Source of the DNA: Spirochaetaceae bacterium
GTDB lineage: Bacteria > Spirochaetota > Spirochaetia > DSM-2461
NCBI GenBank assembly: GCA_051531975.1
Contig: JAOPTT010000007.1
Location: 120,985-184,984, forward strand
Length of the DNA stretch: 64,000 bases
Direction: 5' to 3'
Below are positions 50,327-59,962 of this stretch, in pieces (within the stretch, counting starts at the first letter, position 1; each line of letters opens with the position of its first letter). Under the pieces are notes generated by a model that was given only the letters and a program-made list of their open reading frames with translations, searched no databases and had not been told where the DNA came from. Both the position numbers and the translations under genes were made by a program.

Positions 50327-50363
50327 CTCCTAACTATTTACATCGTAGATAGTTAGGAGTTTT
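50327..50363 (+). terminator. Rho-independent terminator
   Basis: ctcctaactatttac-atc-gtagatagttaggag-tttt. Confidence 0.8.
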
Positions 50364-50391
50364 ATTTTATAAGTATAAAATAATCCAACAA

Positions 50392-50433
50392 TCGTAGAAT
50401 ATTCGACATTGTCCGTAAGATACTAGATTTCGG
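50392..50433 (+). promoter_or_regulatory. Tandem 21-bp-period site upstream of the second ABC operon
   Basis: TCGTAGAATATTCGACATTGT (50392) and CCGTAAGATACTAGATT (50413) match 46619 and 46640. Confidence 0.65.
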
Positions 50434-50499
50434 GATATAAAAACCCATGCAATAATATTTATAGTTAGATATAGAAATCTTAACTTAGGAGTTTAAGTT

Positions 50500-51999
50500 T
50501 TGAAAGAACACGTACTATCAATGGTTAATATTGATAAGAGATTTACAGGTGTACATGCATTAAAAGGTGTTAACTTTGACCTATATCCAGGTGAAGTTCA
50601 CGCTCTAGTTGGTGAGAATGGTGCAGGTAAATCAACTATGATGAAAACACTTACTGGAATAACACCAAAAGATTCAGGTGAAATCTATTTTCAGGGTGAA
50701 TTATTTGATCCAAAAAGTCCTAAAGAAGCGTTAAGTAAGGGTATCGGTATTATCCATCAGGAATTGAATATGATGGAACATTTAACAGTTGCTCAGAATA
50801 TTTTTATAGGTCGGGAGTCAACAACTGAATCCGGTCTGTTACTTGATGAGAAAGCTCAAAATAGAAGAGCCCATGAACTTTTTAGCAGATTAAATATGGA
50901 TATTGATGCAACTGAGATATTAGGAAACTTAACAGTTGGTAAGCAGCAGATGGTAGAGATTGCGAAAGCTGTTTCCCATGATTTAAAAGTTCTAATTTTA
51001 GATGAACCAACAGCAGCATTAACTGAGACAGAGATTAACGACCTTTTTATAATAATGAGAGACTTATCCTGTAGAGATGTTGCCATGATCTATATATCCC
51101 ATCGGATGGATGAGATTAATAGGATTACAGATCGAGTAACTGTATTACGAGATGGTGAATACGTTGGTACTAAAAATACTGATGAAGTAACAAAAGATGA
51201 AATAATAAACATGATGGTTGGACGGGTTATATACGAAGATCCTAAAACCCATAGTAATGTTGAAGCAGATGCAGAGACTGTTTTAAAAGTTGAAAACTTA
51301 AATGCAGGGCGAATGGTTCAAGATGTAAATTTTGAGCTCAAAAAAGGTGAAATTTTAGGTTTTGCAGGTTTAATGGGAGCAGGAAGAACAGAGACTGCAA
51401 GAGCAGTGTTTGGTGCAGATGTAAGAGATAGTGGAACCATTTCAATAAATGGTGAAGTTGTAAATATTCAATCTCCTATGGATGCAGTTGGTCATGGTAT
51501 TGGTTACCTATCTGAAGATAGAAAAAGATATGGTGTCGCTGTTAATTTAAGTGTAATTGATAACTCTCTTATGGCATCCTACGATGACTATGAATCAGGT
51601 CTTTTTGTTCATACAAAAAAAATTGCAAAAATCACCCGTGAGTTTGTAGATAGATTAAAAGTTAAAACACCAACACTTGAGCAACTGCTTAGAAATTTAT
51701 CTGGTGGTAATCAGCAAAAAGTTGTTATTGCTAAATGGTTAATTAAAGATAGTGATATTCTTATTTTTGATGAACCAACTAGAGGTATCGATGTTGGTGC
51801 TAAAAGTGAAATTTATACACTAATGAACGAGCTTGTTAAACAGGGAAAATCAATAATTATGATTTCATCTGAACTAACAGAGATTTTAAGAATGAGTGAC
51901 AGAATTATTGTAATGTGCGAAGGGAAAATTACTGGAGAGCTTGATATTAAAGATGCTAACCAGGAAGAAATTATGAAATATGCCACAAAAAGAGATTAG
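50500..51999 (+). CDS. CUT2 sugar ABC transporter ATP-binding protein
   Basis: GENGAGKST, LDEPT, LSGGNQQKV, FDEPTRGIDVGAK; AGGAG RBS with TTG start. Confidence 0.95.
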   Translation: MKEHVLSMVNIDKRFTGVHALKGVNFDLYPGEVHALVGENGAGKSTMMKTLTGITPKDSGEIYFQGELFDPKSPKEALSKGIGIIHQELNMMEHLTVAQNIFIGRESTTESGLLLDEKAQNRRAHELFSRLNMDIDATEILGNLTVGKQQMVEIAKAVSHDLKVLILDEPTAALTETEINDLFIIMRDLSCRDVAMIYISHRMDEINRITDRVTVLRDGEYVGTKNTDEVTKDEIINMMVGRVIYEDPKTHSNVEADAETVLKVENLNAGRMVQDVNFELKKGEILGFAGLMGAGRTETARAVFGADVRDSGTISINGEVVNIQSPMDAVGHGIGYLSEDRKRYGVAVNLSVIDNSLMASYDDYESGLFVHTKKIAKITREFVDRLKVKTPTLEQLLRNLSGGNQQKVVIAKWLIKDSDILIFDEPTRGIDVGAKSEIYTLMNELVKQGKSIIMISSELTEILRMSDRIIVMCEGKITGELDIKDANQEEIMKYATKRD

Positions 52000-52011
52000 G
52001 AGTTAGACAAG

Positions 52012-53031
52012 ATGGATGACATAAACAATAAGAGTTTAATGGATAAAATTAACGGTATCGGGTTACAGAAATTTTTAGCTCCTGCTGCACTAGTAATTTT
52101 ATATATATTTTTTGGTTTGTTTGGGAGAAATTTTTTCTCTTATTCAACATTAGTAAACATACTTGATTCATCATATTACATAGGTTTTATTGCAATAGGA
52201 GTAACTTTTGTAATTATTACCGGTGGAATTGATCTATCTGTTGGAACAGTTATGATGTGTGCTGCAATAATTGGTGGTACCGCATATAAAACATGGGGTT
52301 GGCCAATGTGGGTGTCTTTAGTTCTGATTTTGATAGTTGCAACAGCATTTGGTTTCTTTAATGGTATTTTAATCTCTAGGTTAAAACTACCTCCATTTAT
52401 TGCAACCCTTGGAACAATGATGATCTCCATGGGAGTTGGTTCTATTGTTGCCAATGTTAGAAGTGCAACATTCCCTACAAGATCATCAGAAGGTGGTTGG
52501 TTTAAAAATATCTTTAAGTTCATTAACGAAGATGGAGATTCACTTCCTACTGGGGCAATTGTTCTTTTAGTTGTTGCTTTAATAGCATTCCTTATCTTAA
52601 CAAAAACTAAGATGGGTAGATATATATTTGCGATAGGTTCAAACAAAGAAGCTGCAAGACTATCTGGAGTTAATGTTAAAAAATGGGAAATGATGGCCTA
52701 TGTTGTTAGTGGGTTTTGTGCAGGTATTGGTGGTATAGCGTTTGCTGCTGTATATACAACTGTAATGCCAGCCCAGGGACAAGGATTTGAGTTATACGCA
52801 ATTGCAGGTGCTGTAATAGGTGGTACTTCTTTATCCGGTGGTATTGGTTCTGTTTGGGGAACACTAATAGGTGTTTATATAATGAGTGTATTAAGAGCTG
52901 GTCTTCCATCTATGGATTTGCAGGCTCACTACCAAACTTTCTTTACAGGAATTGTTGTTATAGGTGCTGTTCTGCTTGATATCTATAGAAACCAAAAAGC
53001 TTCAAAAGTTAAAAAGCAGAAACTTCAATAA
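52012..53031 (+). CDS. Sugar ABC transporter permease
   Basis: GGIDLSVG, PPFIATLG, AARLSG, IGGTSLSGG. Confidence 0.95.
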   Translation: MDDINNKSLMDKINGIGLQKFLAPAALVILYIFFGLFGRNFFSYSTLVNILDSSYYIGFIAIGVTFVIITGGIDLSVGTVMMCAAIIGGTAYKTWGWPMWVSLVLILIVATAFGFFNGILISRLKLPPFIATLGTMMISMGVGSIVANVRSATFPTRSSEGGWFKNIFKFINEDGDSLPTGAIVLLVVALIAFLILTKTKMGRYIFAIGSNKEAARLSGVNVKKWEMMAYVVSGFCAGIGGIAFAAVYTTVMPAQGQGFELYAIAGAVIGGTSLSGGIGSVWGTLIGVYIMSVLRAGLPSMDLQAHYQTFFTGIVVIGAVLLDIYRNQKASKVKKQKLQ

Positions 53032-53098
53032 GAATATTTTTAAATATGTTCACACTCTAAAACGTATGTTTTGGATTATATATTAGGAGGATTTTATA

Positions 53099-54214
53099 AT
53101 GAAATCAAAATTAAATGTATTAATTTTAGTATTAGTAATGTTAGCTTTTGCAATGCCTACATTTGCAAGTGGTAATAATGAGGCTGGAGCTGAACCTAAA
53201 GCTAAAGGTAAACCTTACATTGCTGTTGTATCTAAGGGAGAGCAACATGACTTCTGGCAACAGGTAAAAAAAGGAGCTATAGCAGCTGCAGAAGAATACG
53301 GCGTTGATATGACTTTTGAGGGACCTGCATCAGAGAGTGATGTTCAGGATCAAGTTGAAATGTTAAATAACGCAATAGCTAAAAAACCTGTTGCAATAGC
53401 ATTAGCCGCTTTAAATACAACTTCTGTTATGGACCAACTAGCTCAAACTAAACGAGATGGTATTCCTGTAATTGGTTTTGACTCAGGTGTTCCTAATGCT
53501 CCAGCAGGATCTATATATGCAAACGCATCTACTGATAACTATGCAGCTGCAGGAATGGCTGCAACTAAAATGTTTGAAGTGATTAAAGCTGATATCGAAG
53601 CTGCTACTTCTGAAAATCCAGTAAAAATTATTGTTATGAATCAAGATGCTGCAGGTGAATCTTTATTAAGCCGTGGTAAAGGTTTCAGAGATACAATGAT
53701 TATGTTAATAGCTGATAAAACTTCTTTATCAGAAAGTGATATTGCAGTTATCGGTAACACAGCTTATATAGATAGTAAAAACCCAACTAGTGGTGATAAA
53801 GTTCTGATCGAAATGATTGTTCCTGCTTCAGCTGCTGCAACAGATACTGCATCTGCAGCAACTGCAGTATTAAACAAAGTTGAAGGTGATACTATTCTAG
53901 GTATTTTCTGTTCTAACGCAGCCACTGTTAAAGGTATCTTAGCTGCAACTAACGATGGAACAGATCTTCCTAACAAATATCCAGGTTTAGTTGTTGTTGG
54001 ATTTGATGCTGGTAAAGCTCAAAAAGATGCAGTTAGAGCTAAATTCTTCTTAGGTTCTATTACTCAGGACCCATACTCAATTGGTTACAAAGCTGTTGAG
54101 TTAGCATATAAAGCTTACATGGGTGAGACAGTATCTGATGTAGATACTGGAGCTAAGTTCTATGACTATTCTAACATGGACGATGCTGACATTGAAGGTC
54201 TTATTTACGACTGA
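53099..54214 (+). CDS. Sugar ABC transporter substrate-binding protein
   Basis: Signal peptide ending TFASGNNE; SKGEQHDFWQ, IGFDSG, VGFDAG, TQDPYSIGY. Confidence 0.93.
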   Translation: MKSKLNVLILVLVMLAFAMPTFASGNNEAGAEPKAKGKPYIAVVSKGEQHDFWQQVKKGAIAAAEEYGVDMTFEGPASESDVQDQVEMLNNAIAKKPVAIALAALNTTSVMDQLAQTKRDGIPVIGFDSGVPNAPAGSIYANASTDNYAAAGMAATKMFEVIKADIEAATSENPVKIIVMNQDAAGESLLSRGKGFRDTMIMLIADKTSLSESDIAVIGNTAYIDSKNPTSGDKVLIEMIVPASAAATDTASAATAVLNKVEGDTILGIFCSNAATVKGILAATNDGTDLPNKYPGLVVVGFDAGKAQKDAVRAKFFLGSITQDPYSIGYKAVELAYKAYMGETVSDVDTGAKFYDYSNMDDADIEGLIYD

Positions 54215-54238
54215 TATGTAAGTTTCGCATAAGTGTTT

Positions 54239-54269
54239 AGCCACAGGGTATTAACCTTGTGGCTTTTTT
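54239..54269 (+). terminator. Rho-independent terminator
   Basis: agccacaggg-tattaa-ccttgtggct followed by a T run. Confidence 0.85.
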
Positions 54270-54283
54270 GTTATAATAAATTC

Positions 54284-54877
54284 ATGAGTAAAAAAGATGC
54301 TATTTTAGATAGGGCTTCAGAAGTTTTTTTTAAGTTTGGTTTAACTAAAATCTCCATGGATGAACTTGCAGACCAAATTGGTATATCAAAAAAAACAATT
54401 TATAATAACTATGGCTCTAAGGAAAATTTATTAGAAGCTATTATATTTTCTAGTATGGAGAAAGTTTTAGAAGACATTACAAATCTTTTTGCTAGTACCG
54501 ATAAAACAATAGTTGAAAAGATCTTTTTAGCTATAAAACACGTCTATACCCAATATTCAAACTTTGAGGTTCCCACAAGGTCAGATCCCAATGCTGCTAG
54601 AATAATTTACTCTCCTGAATGTCTATTTTTAACAGACCAAATTCAAGATAATATTCGTAGATTAGCTATTGAAGGTCAACAAAAAGGTGTAATAAAGAAA
54701 CATATAAATATCGATATGGTTCCATTTATTTTCTTAAATAGTATTAGAGGTCTAGCTACATGGCAAAAACCTGAAAGTCTACCGTTTTCCAAATTAGAGT
54801 TAATGAGAAATTCAATCGAAATAATCTTAGATGGAATCTTAACACCTACTGCAATGAATGAGTATTTAAACTCATAA
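54284..54877 (+). CDS. TetR/AcrR-family regulator
   Basis: ISMDELADQIGISKKTIYNNYGSKENL HTH; ATG 54284 lies just after the terminator and TGnTATAAT. Confidence 0.92.
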   Translation: MSKKDAILDRASEVFFKFGLTKISMDELADQIGISKKTIYNNYGSKENLLEAIIFSSMEKVLEDITNLFASTDKTIVEKIFLAIKHVYTQYSNFEVPTRSDPNAARIIYSPECLFLTDQIQDNIRRLAIEGQQKGVIKKHINIDMVPFIFLNSIRGLATWQKPESLPFSKLELMRNSIEIILDGILTPTAMNEYLNS

Positions 54878-54883
54878 CATCTA

Positions 54884-54952
54884 TTGACTTCTAATTTTTA
54901 CCGTATTATTATTAAACTATAAATTACACTAATTACACTGCAAGAGTGTAAT
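54884..54952 (+). promoter_or_regulatory. Promoter and probable TetR operator of the MMPL operon
   Basis: TTGACT(54884)-N17-TATTAT(54907); palindrome ATTACACT-gcaag-AGTGTAAT at 54932-54952 plus an extra half-site at 54922. Confidence 0.75.
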
Positions 54953-54968
54953 ATTAGAGGAATATAAT

Positions 54969-57605
54969 ATGGAAAAAATATGTAAGTATCCCAAAATAAC
55001 AGTAATAATTATAAGTATAATAACTCTGTTTTTTGCTTACAATTTAAAGAATGTCACTATAGATAATGACACAATGAAGTTTTTATCAGAAGATAACCCT
55101 GAGAGAATAGCAATTGATAAAGCAGATGATATCTTTGGCCCATCAATGGCAATGAGTGTTGGCCTTGAAATGAAAAAAGGAACAATCTTTACAGTCGAAG
55201 CCTTAGATGTTATTGATAAACTGACTAAAGAGTTTGAAGATTTAGATGGCGTTGATAGTATTCAATCGTTAACTAATAGTGATTTTATAGATGGAATAGA
55301 TGGCTCATTGGTTGTCTCTCCACTGGTTGAAGATTTTACAGGAAGCCCTGAGGATGTAACAACTTTAAAAGAGAAAATATTATCTTGGGATTTATACCAG
55401 GATCTTCTTGTTTCTAACGATTATAGTGCTTCTCAGATAATGGTTACTTTAAAAGAGGGTTTAGGTCCAGATGGACAAGAGAAGCTCTACCATGATCTAA
55501 AAAGAATTACTGAAAAATACGAAAATAGAAACATAAAGTTCTACTTAGCCGGTCTGCCATCTATGGTTGTTTTATTATCAACAAATATGATGTCTGACTT
55601 AATGGTCCTAATACCAATAGTTGTTATTGTTTTATTAATAGCTCTTTTCATATCGTTTAAAAGATTAAGTGGGATATTAATTCCTATGGTTACAGTTACA
55701 ATAAGTACTATTTGGACAATAGGTCTAATGGGTGTTTTAGGTGTACCATTATCTATTTTAGGTATTATTATACCAGTTTTAATGATGGCTGTAGGAAGTG
55801 CATATGGTATACATGTTATAAGCCATTATTATGATGATATTAAAGCTTATAAAGGTGAACTAACAGAAGAAAGCCATACTAATATTATATTAAAATCTCT
55901 TAGTTATGTAAAAAAACCAATATTTTTAGCTGGTTTAACAACTGTGGCAGGTTTTGCATCCCTATCTATTAGTTCAATAATCCCAATGAGGAATTTTGGT
56001 ATTTTTACCTCCGTTGGAATTATTTTTGCTCTGATAGTTGCCCTGACTTTAATACCATCACTTTTAGTTTTTAACTACAAAAGTACTAAAAAACATCGAT
56101 CCCAGATTGAGCATTCAAATAGTGGTTCAATGGAGAGGGCCTTAAGTACATATTATGAATCTTTTGGAAAAAGAAAGTATCTAATACTTTTCATGTCTTT
56201 AATAATAGTAATATTATCTGCTGTTGGAGCAAATAATTTAATTATTGATAACTCAATTGTTGAGTATTTCAAAAAAGATACTCATATAAGAACCTCTGAT
56301 CGGTTTTTAAGGGAGAAGTTTACAGGAACAACAACCTTTAATGTTATAATTAGTGGCGAAGGTGCCGGTGTCGATACCGAACTTCTAAATGCAATGGAAG
56401 GTCTTAGTATATTTTTAACCTCAAATTATGAACCTGTTAAAAAAGTTCTATCTTTTACGGATACAGTTAAACGGATGAATCAGGTTATGCATGTTGATGC
56501 AGAAGGGTCTGATGGTCTAGACGATTTTGATGATTATTCAGGTGAGTACGATTCCGATTTTGATGAGGATTCAGATAGCTTTTTTGAAGAATCTGATAGT
56601 TTCTACGATGAATCAGATAGTTTCTTCACTGACGATTCAGAAGATGAATATATGTTTACCGATGAAGAAACAGATGATGCCAATGTAATATTAACTACAG
56701 ATGGATTTATGGATATTATGTCCAAAGCTTATGCCATGGCAGATAACCCTAATATTTCAGCAAATGAGCTAATGACACTTCTAAAAAAAGAGACAAACTA
56801 CAAAGGTTTTGGATTTTTTGAAATACCAACTGATCCTGCTAAATATGGACATGATGAGTTAGAAGATCTATCCAATTTACTGAGTCAGTACTACGCTATG
56901 ACAGGTAAATTAGAAGGTTTTATAGGGCAAAATGATGATCCTCTTTCTCCTGAAAATATTAAGATGACAATAATGATGAATAACACAGGAAATATGTTTA
57001 CTAGAGAGATTATACCTGTTGTACAAAGTTATATTGATGACTATTTTCCTGAAGGTTACGACGTTTACCTTGCAGGTACAGCACTTGCTCAAGATTCTAC
57101 TACAAAGTTAATAACAAGTTCTGCAATGAATAGTATCTTTTTATCCCTACTTATGGTGTTTATCATACTATCTGTAGCTTACAAATCAGCATTTGCAGGT
57201 CTCTTTGGAATGATTCCATTAGCTTTTACTGTTCTGTTTAACTACGGACTTATGGGGCTTTTAGGCATAAAGTTAGACATGAGTACAGCAATGGTTGGAA
57301 GTATTGCCATAGGAATTGGTATTGATTATACAATCCACTTTATGGCCTCTTATCACAAATTTAGCCAAACAGAAACTTGTGAAGATACTGTTACTAAAAA
57401 GTCCCTAATGTCATCTGGGAAAGCCATAATTTTTAATGCACTATCGGTAGCTGCTGGTTTTACAGTTCTACTAAAATCAAACTTTAATCCACTAATGTAT
57501 TTAGGGTTTTTAATTGCAATTACAATGTTAGTAGCATCTATTGCATCAATGACAATAATGCCAGGATTATTAAATATATTTAAACCAAAGTTTATAAGAA
57601 AATAA
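54969..57605 (+). CDS. MMPL/RND-family transporter with acidic insertion
   Basis: Two repeats of 1+5 TM segments; AVGSAYGIH, GIGIDYTIHF, AGF motifs. Confidence 0.92.
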   Translation: MEKICKYPKITVIIISIITLFFAYNLKNVTIDNDTMKFLSEDNPERIAIDKADDIFGPSMAMSVGLEMKKGTIFTVEALDVIDKLTKEFEDLDGVDSIQSLTNSDFIDGIDGSLVVSPLVEDFTGSPEDVTTLKEKILSWDLYQDLLVSNDYSASQIMVTLKEGLGPDGQEKLYHDLKRITEKYENRNIKFYLAGLPSMVVLLSTNMMSDLMVLIPIVVIVLLIALFISFKRLSGILIPMVTVTISTIWTIGLMGVLGVPLSILGIIIPVLMMAVGSAYGIHVISHYYDDIKAYKGELTEESHTNIILKSLSYVKKPIFLAGLTTVAGFASLSISSIIPMRNFGIFTSVGIIFALIVALTLIPSLLVFNYKSTKKHRSQIEHSNSGSMERALSTYYESFGKRKYLILFMSLIIVILSAVGANNLIIDNSIVEYFKKDTHIRTSDRFLREKFTGTTTFNVIISGEGAGVDTELLNAMEGLSIFLTSNYEPVKKVLSFTDTVKRMNQVMHVDAEGSDGLDDFDDYSGEYDSDFDEDSDSFFEESDSFYDESDSFFTDDSEDEYMFTDEETDDANVILTTDGFMDIMSKAYAMADNPNISANELMTLLKKETNYKGFGFFEIPTDPAKYGHDELEDLSNLLSQYYAMTGKLEGFIGQNDDPLSPENIKMTIMMNNTGNMFTREIIPVVQSYIDDYFPEGYDVYLAGTALAQDSTTKLITSSAMNSIFLSLLMVFIILSVAYKSAFAGLFGMIPLAFTVLFNYGLMGLLGIKLDMSTAMVGSIAIGIGIDYTIHFMASYHKFSQTETCEDTVTKKSLMSSGKAIIFNALSVAAGFTVLLKSNFNPLMYLGFLIAITMLVASIASMTIMPGLLNIFKPKFIRK

Positions 57606-57614
57606 GGAGATATA

Positions 57615-58388
57615 ATGAAAAAGATAATTTTAACAATATGTTTTATGTTAATAGCAGTTGCAGGTTTCTCTATTACAGGTAGAGATGTTATGGATAAAAT
57701 GGAAGCAAAAGAATCCCCTAAATCAAGCCATGCTTTAGTGGAACTATTAATAACAGAGTCTAATGGTTCAGTTAAAGATAGGGTTGTAGAGATGTGGAGC
57801 CTTACTGGTTCTAACGATTTAAATAGACAGATGATGGTTTTTAGAGCTCCAGCTTCAGTTAAAAACACTCGATTCCTAGTTAAAGAAAATGAAACTGGAG
57901 ATGATAAGTGGATATATATGCCTGCTCTTGGAAAAGTGAGAAGAATTGCAGCATCAGACGGTGACTCTGCTTTTATGGGCACAGAGTTTACCTACGACGA
58001 TATGTCTGGTGGAGATATTGATGACGATAAACACACTCTATTAAGAGAAGAAAAATTAGATGGATATAACTGTTACGTTGTAGAATCTATTCCTAAAGAT
58101 ATGTCAGATACCCAGTATAGCAGACGAGTCCAGTGGATAGTTAAAGATGATGATATATTAATGCCAATCAAAGTTGAGTTATACAATAAAAAGAACACTC
58201 TAAATAAGATCTTAACAATTAGCAAACTAGAAAATATTAATGGATTTTGGATACCAAGTAGTACTAAAATGGAAAACTTAATTAGTAAAAGATCTTCTGA
58301 AATTAATAACAAAAAAATAGAGCTAAATAAAAGAACAAATCCGGCATATTTTGAGAAAAGATTCTTAACTACTGGAAAGGTAAAATAG
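57615..58388 (+). CDS. LolA-like outer-membrane lipoprotein-sorting-family periplasmic protein
   Basis: Signal peptide; FRAPASVKNTRFL, WIYMPALGKVRRIA, FMGTEFTYDD. Confidence 0.88.
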   Translation: MKKIILTICFMLIAVAGFSITGRDVMDKMEAKESPKSSHALVELLITESNGSVKDRVVEMWSLTGSNDLNRQMMVFRAPASVKNTRFLVKENETGDDKWIYMPALGKVRRIAASDGDSAFMGTEFTYDDMSGGDIDDDKHTLLREEKLDGYNCYVVESIPKDMSDTQYSRRVQWIVKDDDILMPIKVELYNKKNTLNKILTISKLENINGFWIPSSTKMENLISKRSSEINNKKIELNKRTNPAYFEKRFLTTGKVK

Positions 58389-58390
58389 TA

Positions 58391-59821
58391 ATGTATATGA
58401 AAAAGAGTATTATTTATTTAATAGTTTTCCTACTTTTGGGTTTTGTTAATATCTCTGCTGACGATGAAGAAACTGAAAGTTTCTACACTGACGATAGCTT
58501 CTTCGAAGAGGATAGTTTTTTTGAAGAGGATGATTTTTTTGATGAAGGGAATGATCGTTTCTTCTCCACATCAATAGGAGGCGGATTTGGTCTAAATACA
58601 ACTTATATAGACGAAAATCCAAGTTTAAACTCTTTTGTGGATTTAGATATACTATTCGAAGCGGAATCATTTGATATTTCATTAAATATTGATGTGGATT
58701 TAAAAGGCCTAGATGATTTCAAAAACTTCCCTCTACAAGGTGGTGAATACGATACATCAACTTTTATAGATACATTTTTTATACGTTATTATCACTCTCT
58801 ATTTGACTTAGAAGTAGGACTTTTAAAACCAATATGGGGAAATGCCGATGGGATCCATGCTGTAGATGTCCTAAACCCTTTAGATTATTCAGATCCATTT
58901 GGTACAAGTTATTTAGATAGTAAAATATCACAGCAGATGATAAAAGTTAATGTCCCTGTTGGTGAAAATTCACTTTTAGAAATAGCATATTTACCTAAAT
59001 TTTATGGTGATAACATACCTATGGATGGAATCTGGACACCATACTATATCGCTAATATGGAGGATACAATCTATTTAATGGCTTTAGGGCAAGGAATGGA
59101 TTCAGCTACAGCTAGTGCTACTGCTACTGCCATTAAAGATACTTTAACATTTGAAGAACTTGATTATTTTGAATCTAGCCAAGCAGCTATAAGATTTACA
59201 ACATCAATAGATTCTGTAGATTTAGGTATAACTTATTTTAACGGTTATTTAAAACAACCTACTATAGATCCAGCTGACGTTATGTCCTCCGGAATTTTAA
59301 CTTTAGTATACAATGATGTGCAAACTATAGGTGTCGATATAGCAGCTGCAGTTGGTTCTTTTAATCTTAAAGGTGAAGTTGCGTATAATCTAACAGAAGA
59401 TACGGTCGGAGATGATGCAGGTATAAATAATAATTTTATTAAAGCTATTTTAGGTTTTGATGTTAATTTACCAATAAGCAATGTTAACTTTTTAATTCAG
59501 GGTGTCTCAACAATTATATTAGGTTCAGATAATATTACTTTGACTGACCCACAATACAGTTCAGATGATCAATATTATAGCCTAAATTTAATAGGTCGAC
59601 TTTCTGATAACTACTTAAACGAAACTCTTTATGTTGAAGTTGCAGCCGCTTATAATATTTTTGATGAAGACTATATGATTAAACCAAAAGTTACATATAA
59701 AGTATCAGATAATACAGATATATATTTAGAGTACCTGATGTTAGAAGGTGAAGAGACTACAGATCTTGGCCAATATAGTGATAACGATACTATTAAACTT
59801 GCATTTGAGTATAAGTTTTAA
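58391..59821 (+). CDS. Putative outer-membrane beta-barrel (DUF1302-like)
   Basis: Signal peptide; WGNADG..AVDVLNP; C-terminal GQYSDNDTIKLAFEYKF ending in Phe; typical operon partner of MMPL and LolA-like genes. Confidence 0.72.
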   Translation: MYMKKSIIYLIVFLLLGFVNISADDEETESFYTDDSFFEEDSFFEEDDFFDEGNDRFFSTSIGGGFGLNTTYIDENPSLNSFVDLDILFEAESFDISLNIDVDLKGLDDFKNFPLQGGEYDTSTFIDTFFIRYYHSLFDLEVGLLKPIWGNADGIHAVDVLNPLDYSDPFGTSYLDSKISQQMIKVNVPVGENSLLEIAYLPKFYGDNIPMDGIWTPYYIANMEDTIYLMALGQGMDSATASATATAIKDTLTFEELDYFESSQAAIRFTTSIDSVDLGITYFNGYLKQPTIDPADVMSSGILTLVYNDVQTIGVDIAAAVGSFNLKGEVAYNLTEDTVGDDAGINNNFIKAILGFDVNLPISNVNFLIQGVSTIILGSDNITLTDPQYSSDDQYYSLNLIGRLSDNYLNETLYVEVAAAYNIFDEDYMIKPKVTYKVSDNTDIYLEYLMLEGEETTDLGQYSDNDTIKLAFEYKF

Positions 59822-59962
59822 CCTGTGTGTTCCTTAATAATGTAATTAATATAGGTTTCGATATGATCAGCAATTGGATGAAAATCTAATTATCCAATTA
59901 CTGAGAAACTTTATTTGACCTTTCCTAATTCAGCACCTATTATTGATGTATTAGGAGAATCT

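Noticed and set aside
15163..59962. Longest-ORF starts at 15163, 34014, 39938, 41338, 54233 and 59915
   Set aside because: The extensions overlap promoters or terminators or lack an RBS; downstream starts fit the homology and signals better.
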